Origin: Escherichia phage JS10
Length of the DNA: 64,000 bases
Sequence record: EU863409
Strand: one strand, 5' to 3'
This document shows, piece after piece, positions 53,385-64,000 of the stretch. Both the position numbers and the translations under genes were made by a program. Every line of letters starts with the position of its first letter. Position 1 is the first letter of the stretch. The notes beneath the pieces are model-generated. The model was not told the DNA's origin. It saw only the letters and a program-made list of their open reading frames with translations, and did not search any database.

Positions 53385-55195
53385 TGAAACAAGACTTAAA
53401 AGTAGGTTCCGCTGTTGATGACGGGTCCGGTGATTACCTGCGCGCAGGTGGTCTTAAAATTAATAACAACTTCAATGAGCTTTATTACCAATTAGGCGAC
53501 GGCAATAACCCACATGCCGCAGGCGCTTGGAAACAACATTCTACTGAAGACGGTGCTTTGTTGAATGCCGTAATGGGTCATAGCTATACCCTTAATACCC
53601 AGGGTGGGCGTATTAACGTCCAGCTTCCTAAAGGCTCTCCTGAAGAATATAACTTTGTTATCCGTGTACGTGACGTGTATTCTTCATGGCAAGCTAACCC
53701 AGTAACCTTAATCCCTGCCACAGGTGATACCATTAAGGGTTCAGCTACTCAAGTTGAAATTGCTCGCAACTTCTCTGACCTTGAATTGGTTTATTGTGCA
53801 CCTGGTCGTTGGGAATATGTTGAAAATAAGCAAGTAAACCGTATTCCAAATAACGACCTTGCTACCGTAGCAACTAAGCAGTTTATTGCTACTGAAGGTC
53901 AAACAGATTTTCTAGATGTTTTCCCTGGCCTTTCTTACAACGTAGCAAGTTTAAGCGTTTCACAACGTGGTAACAATTTGTTCTATGGTGTTGATGATAT
54001 TTTTGATGCTGCTACCGCAGAGTTTGGTTCTCCGGGTGCTCAACCAGGTGAATTGGTTGCCTTGAATGGTAAGGACATCCGTTTAAAATATCCATGCGAA
54101 GCAGGTGATACTGTTATTATCAAATCGTATAATGACGGACTTGCCCAATGGCGCAGTTCTTATAACCGCCGTGATATAACAATCAAAAGTTCAGAATTGA
54201 CTAAAGACGTTTCTGTTCCTGGTTCTTCTTTCGTGGGTGATTTGAGTACTTCACATGTTATATCAGCAGCTGATTTGAATATTTCCGTTAACAGTCCTAT
54301 CAACCCAAATGCTTGCCAAGTCATGCTTAATAGCACATTACTTCATCAAGCTGGTACTGCAGGCCTTCCTTCGTTTTATTGTGAAGGTGCCGACGGACGT
54401 ACTGCTACCGAGTGTTTTAATGCAGGCGGGCAATGGACTCAATCTAAATCAGACTATATTTTTAATTTGACCCCTGAAGATAAGATTGAATCCATCGAAT
54501 TTGGACGTGACTTTGAACATGGCGATATTCTTACGGTAATTTGGTACAATAACGATATCGGCACTACCATGGAAATTGATGAGATTTTGGATTATACCAA
54601 TAACATCTATATTTCTAAAGGCCCTTCTATTGATATATCAGGCCAGGTTCGTATCACTGATGTAGATAATCCTTTTGCACCTAACGTTGAACCTGTCGCC
54701 CCATCTAATATTACAATAGATACGGCATCGACATTTTTTGATTTAATTTACCCTGTAGGAACCATCTATGAGAACACGGTGAATCCTAATAACCCTAAAA
54801 CTTATATGGGCTTTGGTTCATGGAAGCGTTTATCTGATGTGTTCTTGGTAGGTTGGTCTCCTGACGCTAGTTCTTTGTTTAATGCAAATAATAACGACCT
54901 GGATTCAGCGGGTGTTCCACAATCAACTGCAGGCGGGACTGGTGGTGCTCATGTGGCTAATTTGAAATATGAGAATATCCCAGAACTTAATACAGATGAT
55001 AAAGTCCTTATTGCTGATAACGATGGCCCTATTTTTGTAGGTGGATGTTTAGTTGACCCTGATTCACAAGGACCGGCTTATACAAAATATCGTGAAGATA
55101 AAGCCAGTATTAATAAGGCCCAAGGGACCACTCCTATCCCGGTTAATACTCTACCACCATACTTAACTGTTCATCGCTGGATGAGGATTGCATAA
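53384..55195 (+). CDS. 10: baseplate wedge and tail pin protein gp10
   Basis: 603 aa; T4 order and size. Confidence 0.85.
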   Translation: MKQDLKVGSAVDDGSGDYLRAGGLKINNNFNELYYQLGDGNNPHAAGAWKQHSTEDGALLNAVMGHSYTLNTQGGRINVQLPKGSPEEYNFVIRVRDVYSSWQANPVTLIPATGDTIKGSATQVEIARNFSDLELVYCAPGRWEYVENKQVNRIPNNDLATVATKQFIATEGQTDFLDVFPGLSYNVASLSVSQRGNNLFYGVDDIFDAATAEFGSPGAQPGELVALNGKDIRLKYPCEAGDTVIIKSYNDGLAQWRSSYNRRDITIKSSELTKDVSVPGSSFVGDLSTSHVISAADLNISVNSPINPNACQVMLNSTLLHQAGTAGLPSFYCEGADGRTATECFNAGGQWTQSKSDYIFNLTPEDKIESIEFGRDFEHGDILTVIWYNNDIGTTMEIDEILDYTNNIYISKGPSIDISGQVRITDVDNPFAPNVEPVAPSNITIDTASTFFDLIYPVGTIYENTVNPNNPKTYMGFGSWKRLSDVFLVGWSPDASSLFNANNNDLDSAGVPQSTAGGTGGAHVANLKYENIPELNTDDKVLIADNDGPIFVGGCLVDPDSQGPAYTKYREDKASINKAQGTTPIPVNTLPPYLTVHRWMRIA

Positions 55196-55860
55196 TGACT
55201 TTAACTGAAATGAAAAGCGGGTTAAAATCCCGCTTAGCTGACTATTTGGAATTATCTTACACCAGTGACAAGCCTACTGCTGTTGCTGACCAACGACCTA
55301 TCGGTGGCCCTTCTGCAAACCAAACCCAGAAGGGTGTTTATTTTCCTACAGTCCAAAGTGCAATAGATGATATTGCATTTAGAACAGAGCTTCCTGTGAA
55401 CTCTGTTATTATTACCACAGAAAACAGAGCACCTGGATTTATCCAACAATCTGATAAAATTACATTTACCGGTTCTATTTCTTCAGGCGGCGAACTTGGC
55501 GACCCTGTTATTATTAAAGTGTTTGGACTTCCTGTAGAGGTCTTAGTTGGTGATTCATCTGTATTGGTTGCATCTAAAGTAAATGATGTATTTTTAGACG
55601 CCATTGCTAATAGCTATATTTTAGCCGAAACGTCTATTGACGCCTTAGACCAATCTACCTTGAATATTAAATACAATGACTATCAGAATCATATTTTTTC
55701 ACCATATAAACAATCGGGTTGTACAATTTCCCATACTATAGTCCAGCAGCCAAGGGCTGGATATGGTAAGTGGGAATACTTAGGTAACTCTACCCAATCG
55801 TTAGCAGGTGGTACAGTTAACGGCACGATTCCTTTATATTACTATAAGAGATTATATTAA
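55195..55860 (+). CDS. 11: baseplate wedge and tail pin protein gp11
   Basis: 221 aa; T4 order and size. Confidence 0.8.
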   Translation: MTLTEMKSGLKSRLADYLELSYTSDKPTAVADQRPIGGPSANQTQKGVYFPTVQSAIDDIAFRTELPVNSVIITTENRAPGFIQQSDKITFTGSISSGGELGDPVIIKVFGLPVEVLVGDSSVLVASKVNDVFLDAIANSYILAETSIDALDQSTLNIKYNDYQNHIFSPYKQSGCTISHTIVQQPRAGYGKWEYLGNSTQSLAGGTVNGTIPLYYYKRLY

Positions 55861-57386
55861 TGTCAACAAACACACTAAAACACATTAGTGATAAATCGGA
55901 ATTCAAATCATTCGACCCTACTGGGTCGAATTTCCCGCCTGATATTACTAATGTTCAAGAAGCATTGGCAACTATTTCATTAATCGGCGTCACAGGTAAT
56001 GTTCCTTCAGCCACAGAAACGTCCCAAGGCATTATTCGTCTTGCCACCACACAAGAAGTAATGGATGGATTGGATGCTTATAGTGCAGTGACTCCGGCAA
56101 CTTTAAAAGCTCGTTTAGATATTCCTACTCAGGCAACAGAAACTTATGTAGGTATCACCCGTTATGCTACTAACGCTGAAGCCATAGCAGGCACAGAGCC
56201 CCAGGCTGCAATCGTAGCAACCTCTTTGAAAGCGGTAATGGATTATACATTTGAGAACCGTTTATCAACAGAGAACGCCACAGGCGTTATCAAGATTTCA
56301 ACTACACCTGCTGCATTAGCTGGTACCGATGATACCACAGCAATGTCCCCACTTAAAGTATCGCAAGCAATTGGTGCGGCCACAGCAGCGTTACCGGTTT
56401 ATTCTACGGCAACGACCACAAATGAAGGTTTGGTTCGTTTAGCTACTAATGCTGAAGTTGGCAATGGAAGTCTTTCGGTAGGTATTGCTATTTCTCCAGC
56501 CGGATTAGCCACATTAACTTCCACCGAAGCCAGAAGTGGTATTATTAAACTCGCAGGTTGGGATATGGTATCTAATGGTACTGACCATACTGCCGCTGTT
56601 ACTCCGGCATCTTTGCTAGCTCGTACAGGTAATACAGGACGAATTGGCTTGGTTCGTTTATCTACTACAGTTGGACAAGGCGATGGTAATACGGCCCTGG
56701 CTTATAATGCTAACGTTATTTCTACTTCAGGTGGTGAAATATGGGGTACTTTAAACGTTAATGGCACATTACGTCGTAATGGTGTTGATGTTGTTACCCA
56801 CGACCAATTATCAGATAGCGTTCCGGTAGGTACTATTTGTATGTGGGGTGGACATGAAGGTAATATCCCAGGCAAATGGCGAGCTTGTGTAGGTGGGACT
56901 TATACTGGCGGTGCATATTTAAATGCTGTTGGCGGACGTTGGGGATGGTGGGGTGCTATTCCAGATTTCCGTGGATTATATCCTCGCGGTGCTAACATGG
57001 TCGGTGGATATTCTGAAGGTGAAGTTAACCCACATATTGCCGGTAACCGAGGAGAAGACGGTAAAGGTAAAGCCCGTTTAGGTAACGGTGTAGGTTCGTT
57101 CCCACAATCTTCTGTTCAAGCCCAAGCATTACGTTATCATAAACACGCCGGTGGTTTTGGTGAACATGATAACTATGGTGCTTTTGGTAACACCGCTAAC
57201 TCTGGGTATGTTGGTACTCGTAAAGGACTTGACTGGGATAACCGTAGTTATTATACTAACGAAGGGTTTGAGACCACTGAACCTTGGAACCGTGATGGCC
57301 ATACCACACTGAATAGTGAAGGACTTATTGCAAATGAAACACGTCCTTGGACAATGTCCGTTCTTTTTATTATTAAAGTAGAATAA
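55860..57386 (+). CDS. 12: short tail fibre gp12
   Basis: 508 aa; N-terminal G-x-x-R-L-A-T repeat motifs typical of gp12. Confidence 0.85.
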   Translation: MSTNTLKHISDKSEFKSFDPTGSNFPPDITNVQEALATISLIGVTGNVPSATETSQGIIRLATTQEVMDGLDAYSAVTPATLKARLDIPTQATETYVGITRYATNAEAIAGTEPQAAIVATSLKAVMDYTFENRLSTENATGVIKISTTPAALAGTDDTTAMSPLKVSQAIGAATAALPVYSTATTTNEGLVRLATNAEVGNGSLSVGIAISPAGLATLTSTEARSGIIKLAGWDMVSNGTDHTAAVTPASLLARTGNTGRIGLVRLSTTVGQGDGNTALAYNANVISTSGGEIWGTLNVNGTLRRNGVDVVTHDQLSDSVPVGTICMWGGHEGNIPGKWRACVGGTYTGGAYLNAVGGRWGWWGAIPDFRGLYPRGANMVGGYSEGEVNPHIAGNRGEDGKGKARLGNGVGSFPQSSVQAQALRYHKHAGGFGEHDNYGAFGNTANSGYVGTRKGLDWDNRSYYTNEGFETTEPWNRDGHTTLNSEGLIANETRPWTMSVLFIIKVE

Positions 57387-57395
57387 GGGTAAAAA

Positions 57396-59795
57396 ATGAT
57401 TAACAAATTGGAACTTAGTGAGTTACCATTTGTTGACGGCGTACCTGATGCTCCTCAAAAGCGTATCCAATGGATACGCGAGGGTGATTGTATGTCTGCG
57501 GCAAAAACAAAATACGGCAATGAAGGTAATTTGAACGCTGCTGCTTTAGGAGTTCAGAAAAACGTAGAAGCTCTTGATGCCAACGATTTAAAAACTGCTG
57601 ATAAAGTTAATGAGCTTATAGAAAACGTTAATAATATCAATGACGCTTTAGAAATGTCAACAGATATTTCTATCATTCAACAAATAGAGAAAAACCGTGT
57701 TGATATTGTAGACCTTAAAAAAGTCACCGAAGATACAACAGAAAAATTGGACACCTTAACAACCAATTTTGATTTCTTGCGTGAAGATGTTGGTTATCAT
57801 GACCCTTTACAAGACGGCCCATATTTAACTGTACGTGAAAATATTGTTCTTCTTAAAACTGAAATAGGTCATTATGAAAACCAGGATATAAACGGCAATC
57901 CACTGCCTCCTGGCGAAACTAATGAAGCCACTGGTATAAAACGCCGCATCATGGATAATACCACTGAATTGGTGGACCATCGTCTCCGCCTTGATACCCT
58001 TGAAAGAAACTATGAAGATTCTGATGTTGGACAATTGGGTATTAAATTAAATGAAATTCGCGCCGAATTAGGACCACATTCTGATACGGTAGGTAAACAA
58101 CCTGCATATACCCGAATTTCAGTATTAGAAACGGCTGCAGTTAATTTTAATACAGCTATTGACGAAATTAAGGATAATATTGATTTCTCTGGTATGCCTA
58201 TAAAGGACCGAGTAACTACTTTAGAAAGCAAAACCTTTACCTTAGAAAATTCGGTTAATGTTGATTTAAAACCTAGAGTAACTTCTATAGAAACTCAAAT
58301 CGGATCCGAGTCTGCACCGGCATCTATTAATGGTCGTTTAAGCGGACTTCGTACTGATGTAAATGATTTAAAAACCGTAGTAGGTGTTAGTTCAAGTGAT
58401 GGCCTACGTTTCCAAGTTACTGATATCAACCGCCGTTTAGGTAGTGAAGTATCTCCGGCTGCAGGAACCATTAATAAGCGTTTAAATGATGTTATTATTC
58501 AAGCAAACCAATCCACCTCGTCTATCCAGGATATTCAGGTAAAAATTGGTAACAACCAATCCGGTATTAAGGGTACTTTACTTAAACTCACCGATAAGGT
58601 TGACGGGACGAACCCTAACGGAGCTACCGTAGAAGAACGTGGTCTTATTAATGCGGTTACTTCTTTAGAAACCCAGATGCAAGGTAAATTAGGTGATGCA
58701 CCTTCTGATGGTAAACTCTATGCACGTCGAAATGCGGCATGGGCTGAAGTTGTTAATAATTCCACAGAAATAGAAACCGTTAAAGCCGATTTAGTTGTTA
58801 CCGACGGTAAAGTGACCGCGTTAACTTCCAGAGTAGATGGTAATGATACCTCAATTTCTTCTCTTGATACTCGTACCGGTGCATTAAACACTTCGGTTGG
58901 CGAGATTAAAGCTGATATAGTTTCTATAAAGGCTAAAGATGATGAACAGGATGGTCGTTTAACAGCACTTGAATCTAGTGATGTGACCATTAACGGTAAA
59001 ATTGCTGCTCTTGAAACTAAGACAGATACCACTGATGATGATGTCACAGCACTGGCTTTAGACGTTTCTTCTTTAGAGAACCAATTGACTCCTATAAAAG
59101 CCGATATTACCAAAAACAAAGGTGATATTGTTGCCTTAACTGGTCGAGTGGCTTCTACTGAAGGCGAAATTAATGCAATTAAAGTTGATACAGCCAAAAT
59201 TGCTCCTTTAACAACTAGAGTTACTACGGCAGAAGGTAAAATCACTACTTTAGAAACAGGGCTTGCCGCTGTTAAAGTCGAATCCGATAAGGTAGCAGGT
59301 ATTAATACCCGCCTTAGCACTGCAGAAGGTGACATCGGAACACTTAAAACAGGGTTGGCTGAAGTTAAGGGTGAATCCGATAAAGTAGCAGCTATAGATA
59401 CCCGTTTAGGTGTTGTTGAAGTTGAATCAGGTAAAGTAGCAGGAATCGATGCTCGTTTGGGTGATGTTGAAGGCGAAGTTAGTACTCTTGAAACGGGTTT
59501 AGCTGCCGTTAAAGTCGAATCCGATAAGGTAGCAGGTATTAATACCCGTTTAGGTACGGTCGAAGGTAAAGTTGGTACTCTTGAAACAGGTTTGGCTGCT
59601 GTTAAAGTTGAATCTGATAAAGTTGCTGACTTAGGAACCCGTTTAACCGCCGCCGAAGGTAAAATTACGGCCTTAGAAACAGAATTATCTAAACGTCCAC
59701 CGGTGGCTCCTGCCGCAGACGGACTTCCGTATGTTCTGGTTGATAACGCATGGGTATTATTGTCTGATTTTGTGACTTTAAACTCAGCGCCATAA
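57396..59795 (+). CDS. wac: fibritin (whisker antigen control, wac), expanded
   Basis: 799-aa coiled-coil protein with C-terminal foldon-like YVLVDNAWVLLSDF; internal tandem repeats; followed by terminator. Confidence 0.8.
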   Translation: MINKLELSELPFVDGVPDAPQKRIQWIREGDCMSAAKTKYGNEGNLNAAALGVQKNVEALDANDLKTADKVNELIENVNNINDALEMSTDISIIQQIEKNRVDIVDLKKVTEDTTEKLDTLTTNFDFLREDVGYHDPLQDGPYLTVRENIVLLKTEIGHYENQDINGNPLPPGETNEATGIKRRIMDNTTELVDHRLRLDTLERNYEDSDVGQLGIKLNEIRAELGPHSDTVGKQPAYTRISVLETAAVNFNTAIDEIKDNIDFSGMPIKDRVTTLESKTFTLENSVNVDLKPRVTSIETQIGSESAPASINGRLSGLRTDVNDLKTVVGVSSSDGLRFQVTDINRRLGSEVSPAAGTINKRLNDVIIQANQSTSSIQDIQVKIGNNQSGIKGTLLKLTDKVDGTNPNGATVEERGLINAVTSLETQMQGKLGDAPSDGKLYARRNAAWAEVVNNSTEIETVKADLVVTDGKVTALTSRVDGNDTSISSLDTRTGALNTSVGEIKADIVSIKAKDDEQDGRLTALESSDVTINGKIAALETKTDTTDDDVTALALDVSSLENQLTPIKADITKNKGDIVALTGRVASTEGEINAIKVDTAKIAPLTTRVTTAEGKITTLETGLAAVKVESDKVAGINTRLSTAEGDIGTLKTGLAEVKGESDKVAAIDTRLGVVEVESGKVAGIDARLGDVEGEVSTLETGLAAVKVESDKVAGINTRLGTVEGKVGTLETGLAAVKVESDKVADLGTRLTAAEGKITALETELSKRPPVAPAADGLPYVLVDNAWVLLSDFVTLNSAP
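59223..59675 (+). repeat. tandem coiled-coil repeat region inside wac
   Basis: At least three copies of an approx 30-aa unit TLETGLAAVKVESDKVAGINTRL; two copies share a long identical nucleotide block. Confidence 0.6.
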
Positions 59796-59796
59796 T

Positions 59797-59818
59797 AAAA
59801 GGGCTTCGGCCCTTTTTT
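59797..59818 (+). terminator. intrinsic terminator after wac
   Basis: AAAAGGGC-TTCG-GCCC followed by T6. Confidence 0.7.
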
Positions 59819-59820
59819 GC

Positions 59821-59828
59821 TATAAATA
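59821..59828 (+). promoter_or_regulatory. T4-type late promoter (TATAAATA) for gene 13
   Basis: Exact TATAAATA directly after the wac terminator. Confidence 0.6.
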
Positions 59829-59849
59829 CGGTTATTAGAGGAATAAAAC

Positions 59850-60785
59850 ATGGCAAGTGAATCATATAACCCTAAGCAACTCAAGGACGCTATTCTGCGC
59901 CGCCTGGGTGCACCGATTACAAATATTGAAGTAACTACTGACCAAGTATATGATTGCATCCAGCGCGCCCTGGAGCTCTACGGCGAATACCATTATAACG
60001 GGTATAACAAAGGTTATCAGGCTTTTTATATTGGCCATGACGATGAAGAAAAATTCCGTAATGGCGTATTCGACCTTAAAGGACGTAATATATTTGCAGT
60101 AACACAAATTTTGAGAACTAACGTTGGCTCTTTAACATCTATGGACGGGCAAGCAACTTATCCATGGTTTACAGATTTTGTACTAGGTTTGGCAGGTATT
60201 AATGGTGGTCTTGGGTCTTCATGTAATAGTTTTGGGCCTAATGCCTTCGGCGCCGACCTTGGCTATTTTACACAATTAATGCAATATCGTTCTATGATGC
60301 AGGACCTTTTGGTTCCGCTGCCTGATTATTGGTATAATGATGCCACTGAACAATTGAAGGTAATGGGCAACTTTGTTAAAGGCGACTTTATTGTAATTGA
60401 AGTTTATACCCGTTCATTTAATGGCGTTGATTCCATGGTTGGGAATACAGCAGGATATGGATATGCTTCTGGTGGCTGTGACGAAAATGAATGGAGCCCT
60501 GGGGCTATTTGGGACAATCCTGCACGTCGAATTTCAGGAATGAGAGCTGGCGAGGACCTTGGACTACAAGATGGCGCGTATAATAACCGTTGGGTCAAAG
60601 ATTACGCTACGGCATTAGTTAAAGAGGTCAATGGTAATATTTTAGCCAAACACCAAGGTATGCAATTAGCCGGCGGAACCACTGTAGATGGCATTCGATT
60701 GATTGAAGAAGCTCGTTTAGAAAAAGAACGTCTTCGCGAAGAATTAGATTTGCTCGACCCACCAACACCTATTTTAATTGGATAA
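59850..60785 (+). CDS. 13: neck protein gp13
   Basis: 311 aa resembling T4 gp13; TATAAATA upstream. Confidence 0.85.
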   Translation: MASESYNPKQLKDAILRRLGAPITNIEVTTDQVYDCIQRALELYGEYHYNGYNKGYQAFYIGHDDEEKFRNGVFDLKGRNIFAVTQILRTNVGSLTSMDGQATYPWFTDFVLGLAGINGGLGSSCNSFGPNAFGADLGYFTQLMQYRSMMQDLLVPLPDYWYNDATEQLKVMGNFVKGDFIVIEVYTRSFNGVDSMVGNTAGYGYASGGCDENEWSPGAIWDNPARRISGMRAGEDLGLQDGAYNNRWVKDYATALVKEVNGNILAKHQGMQLAGGTTVDGIRLIEEARLEKERLREELDLLDPPTPILIG

Positions 60786-60787
60786 TT

Positions 60788-61561
60788 ATGGCTACTTTTG
60801 ATTCGAGTTTATTTGCTAAGCTGGAAAATAACACCGGCTATGCTAACACGAACGAAACTGAAATAATGAACCCTTTCGTCAACTTTTATCGCCATGAGAA
60901 CACTCAAACATTGGCTGATGCTTTAGTTGCTGAGTCTATTCAAATGCGTGGTATCGAGCTTTATTATATACCACGCGAATACGTTAATCCTGACCAGCTA
61001 TTTGGCGAAGACCTTCAGAACAAATTTACTAAAGCCTGGAAGTTTGCGGGTTATTTGGATTCCTTTGAAGGTTATTCTGGTGACAATACTTATTTCAGTA
61101 AGTTCGGTATGATGGTTAATGATGAAGTAACAATCACAATTAACCCTAACCTTTTTAAACATCAATGCAACGGCACTGAACCTGTTTCAGGTGACTTGAT
61201 TTATTTCCCAATGGATAACAGCCTATTTGAAATTAATTGGGTTCAACCTTACGACCCATTCTATCAAGTTGGTACAAACGTCCAGCGTCGCATTACTGCT
61301 ACCAAGTTCATTTATAATGGTGAAGAACTTCGTCCTGAATTACAGAGAAATGAAGGCATTAATATTCCTGAATTCAGTGAGCTTGATTTAATGCCTGTTA
61401 AGAATATTGATGGGTTGGCTGATATCTCTGATATCCAATATGAAGAGGTTAATGAGATTAATGCTGAAGCAGCGGAATTCGTACACCCTTATGTAGTGCT
61501 TAATGGTAGAGGAGAAGATGCTCCTCCTACAGCATTTGATGATGCTTTTTTAGATGATTAA
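60788..61561 (+). CDS. 14: neck protein gp14
   Basis: 257 aa; T4 order. Confidence 0.8.
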   Translation: MATFDSSLFAKLENNTGYANTNETEIMNPFVNFYRHENTQTLADALVAESIQMRGIELYYIPREYVNPDQLFGEDLQNKFTKAWKFAGYLDSFEGYSGDNTYFSKFGMMVNDEVTITINPNLFKHQCNGTEPVSGDLIYFPMDNSLFEINWVQPYDPFYQVGTNVQRRITATKFIYNGEELRPELQRNEGINIPEFSELDLMPVKNIDGLADISDIQYEEVNEINAEAAEFVHPYVVLNGRGEDAPPTAFDDAFLDD

Positions 61562-61567
61562 ATAATA

Positions 61568-61590
61568 CATGGCGCATCCCGCGCCATTTT
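61568..61590 (+). terminator. weak terminator/attenuator-like hairpin after gene 14
   Basis: ATGGCGC-ATCCC-GCGCCAT then TTT. Confidence 0.3.
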
Positions 61591-61600
61591 AGGAGGTTTG

Positions 61601-62463
61601 ATGTTTGGACATTGGTATAATAGTTCGCTACGTCGCTATATTGTTTTGATGGGTGATTTATTTTCCCATGTTCAAGTAGCACGTCAAAGAGAAGATACAG
61701 GGCTTAAATTTATTAAGGTTCCTATTACGTACGCTTCTAAAGAAAGATTTATGGCTAACTTAGGTAAATGGACGGCAGTACAGAATATCCCAAATCCTAA
61801 TATGACGCCAAAAGAAAGGGCTGAACAAAAAGCTAAGGTGGAAACTGTTCTTCCACGTATGAACCTCCAAATGGTTGACATGCTTTATAACTCACAATAC
61901 AAAACAGCTCTTCAAAATAGAACACAAATTCAATTTGAGAATGGAGACCCTCGTAAACGAGTCAGCCAATATTCTCCTACTCCAGTAAAAATGATTTTCG
62001 AACTGGGCATTTACACTAGAACCCAAGATGATATGTTCCAAATTGTGGAACAGATTATGCCTTATTTCCAACCTCATTTCAATACCACCATTACGGAACT
62101 CTATACAAACGAAATTAAATTTGACCGTGATATTCGTATTGTATTCCAGTCTATTGCAATGGACGAACAATTAGAAGGTGATACCACTTCTCGTCGACGT
62201 TTAGAATGGTCTATGATGTTTGAGGTTAACGGATGGTTATATCCTCCAGTTAAAGAAATGGAAGGCGAAATTAAAACCATTTATCTTGATTTCTTTGCTA
62301 ACTCAAAGGAACTCGCTCCTGAAGGTAATTTTGAATCTGTTGATAGCGAAGTGGTTCCAAGAGATGTAGAACAAGCAGAATGGGATGGAAGTTCCGTTCA
62401 AACATATTCACAAGATATTCCAGTGCCTGTCGAGCCAGCGCCTCCAGCACCAAGGAGAAACCC

Positions 62464-62467
<4 letters not shown>
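61601..62467 (+). CDS. 15: tail sheath stabiliser / terminator gp15
   Basis: Start at ATG after AGGAGG SD (track start is a TTG one codon upstream). Confidence 0.8.

Positions 62468-64000
<1,533 letters not shown>

Noticed and set aside
58718-59959. 413-aa minus-strand ORF inside wac, and other minus-strand ORFs within the late structural genes (e.g. 44151..44381, 47778..48050, 55338..55604)
   Set aside because: Antisense to long, well-supported structural genes; low-complexity Ser/Thr/Ala-rich translations typical of reverse-frame artefacts in repetitive coding sequence.

Overview
This window is a 64-kb segment of a T4-like myovirus genome, read entirely from the sequence and from recalled T4 protein families (no searches were run). 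Positions 1-42491 are almost entirely minus-strand early/middle genes: sliding clamp gp45, gp46/gp47 recombination nuclease, late sigma factor gp55, endonuclease VII, NrdC, thymidine kinase, RegB, DenV, endolysin e, NudE, a three-tRNA cluster, 57B/57A, dNMP kinase and genes 3, 2, 4. Between these lie many small lineage-specific ORFs. Positions 42538-64000 are the plus-strand late structural module in T4 order (53, 5, 5.1-like, a Seg-like GIY-YIG endonuclease, 5.4, 6-12, wac, 13-17; gp17 runs off the window end). The early region carries about 18 promoter cassettes with a GTTTAC -35 element, most with a stem-loop over the -10; roughly ten share a conserved core, resembling the PeSL elements described for RB49-group phages. 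The most unusual content is: (i) five internal-protein genes with a conserved MK(T/S)Y(Q/K/N)EF(I/L)xE capsid-targeting leader and unrelated cargo domains; (ii) a tandem array of five small acidic paralogs that all end in W-x-S-S-S-x-x-C; (iii) a recurrent C-terminal FI(K/E)EC module in three proteins of the same operon; (iv) a macro-domain protein, a Pol-beta-type nucleotidyltransferase next to a P-loop ATPase, and a 2H-phosphoesterase at the 57B position. T4-type late promoters (TATAAATA), intrinsic terminators and T4-lysozyme-style Shine-Dalgarno-sequestering hairpins are also visible. CDS starts were refined from the ORF track by internal ATG, ribosome-binding site and ATGA-overlap logic; non-coding element coordinates are approximate to a few bases.
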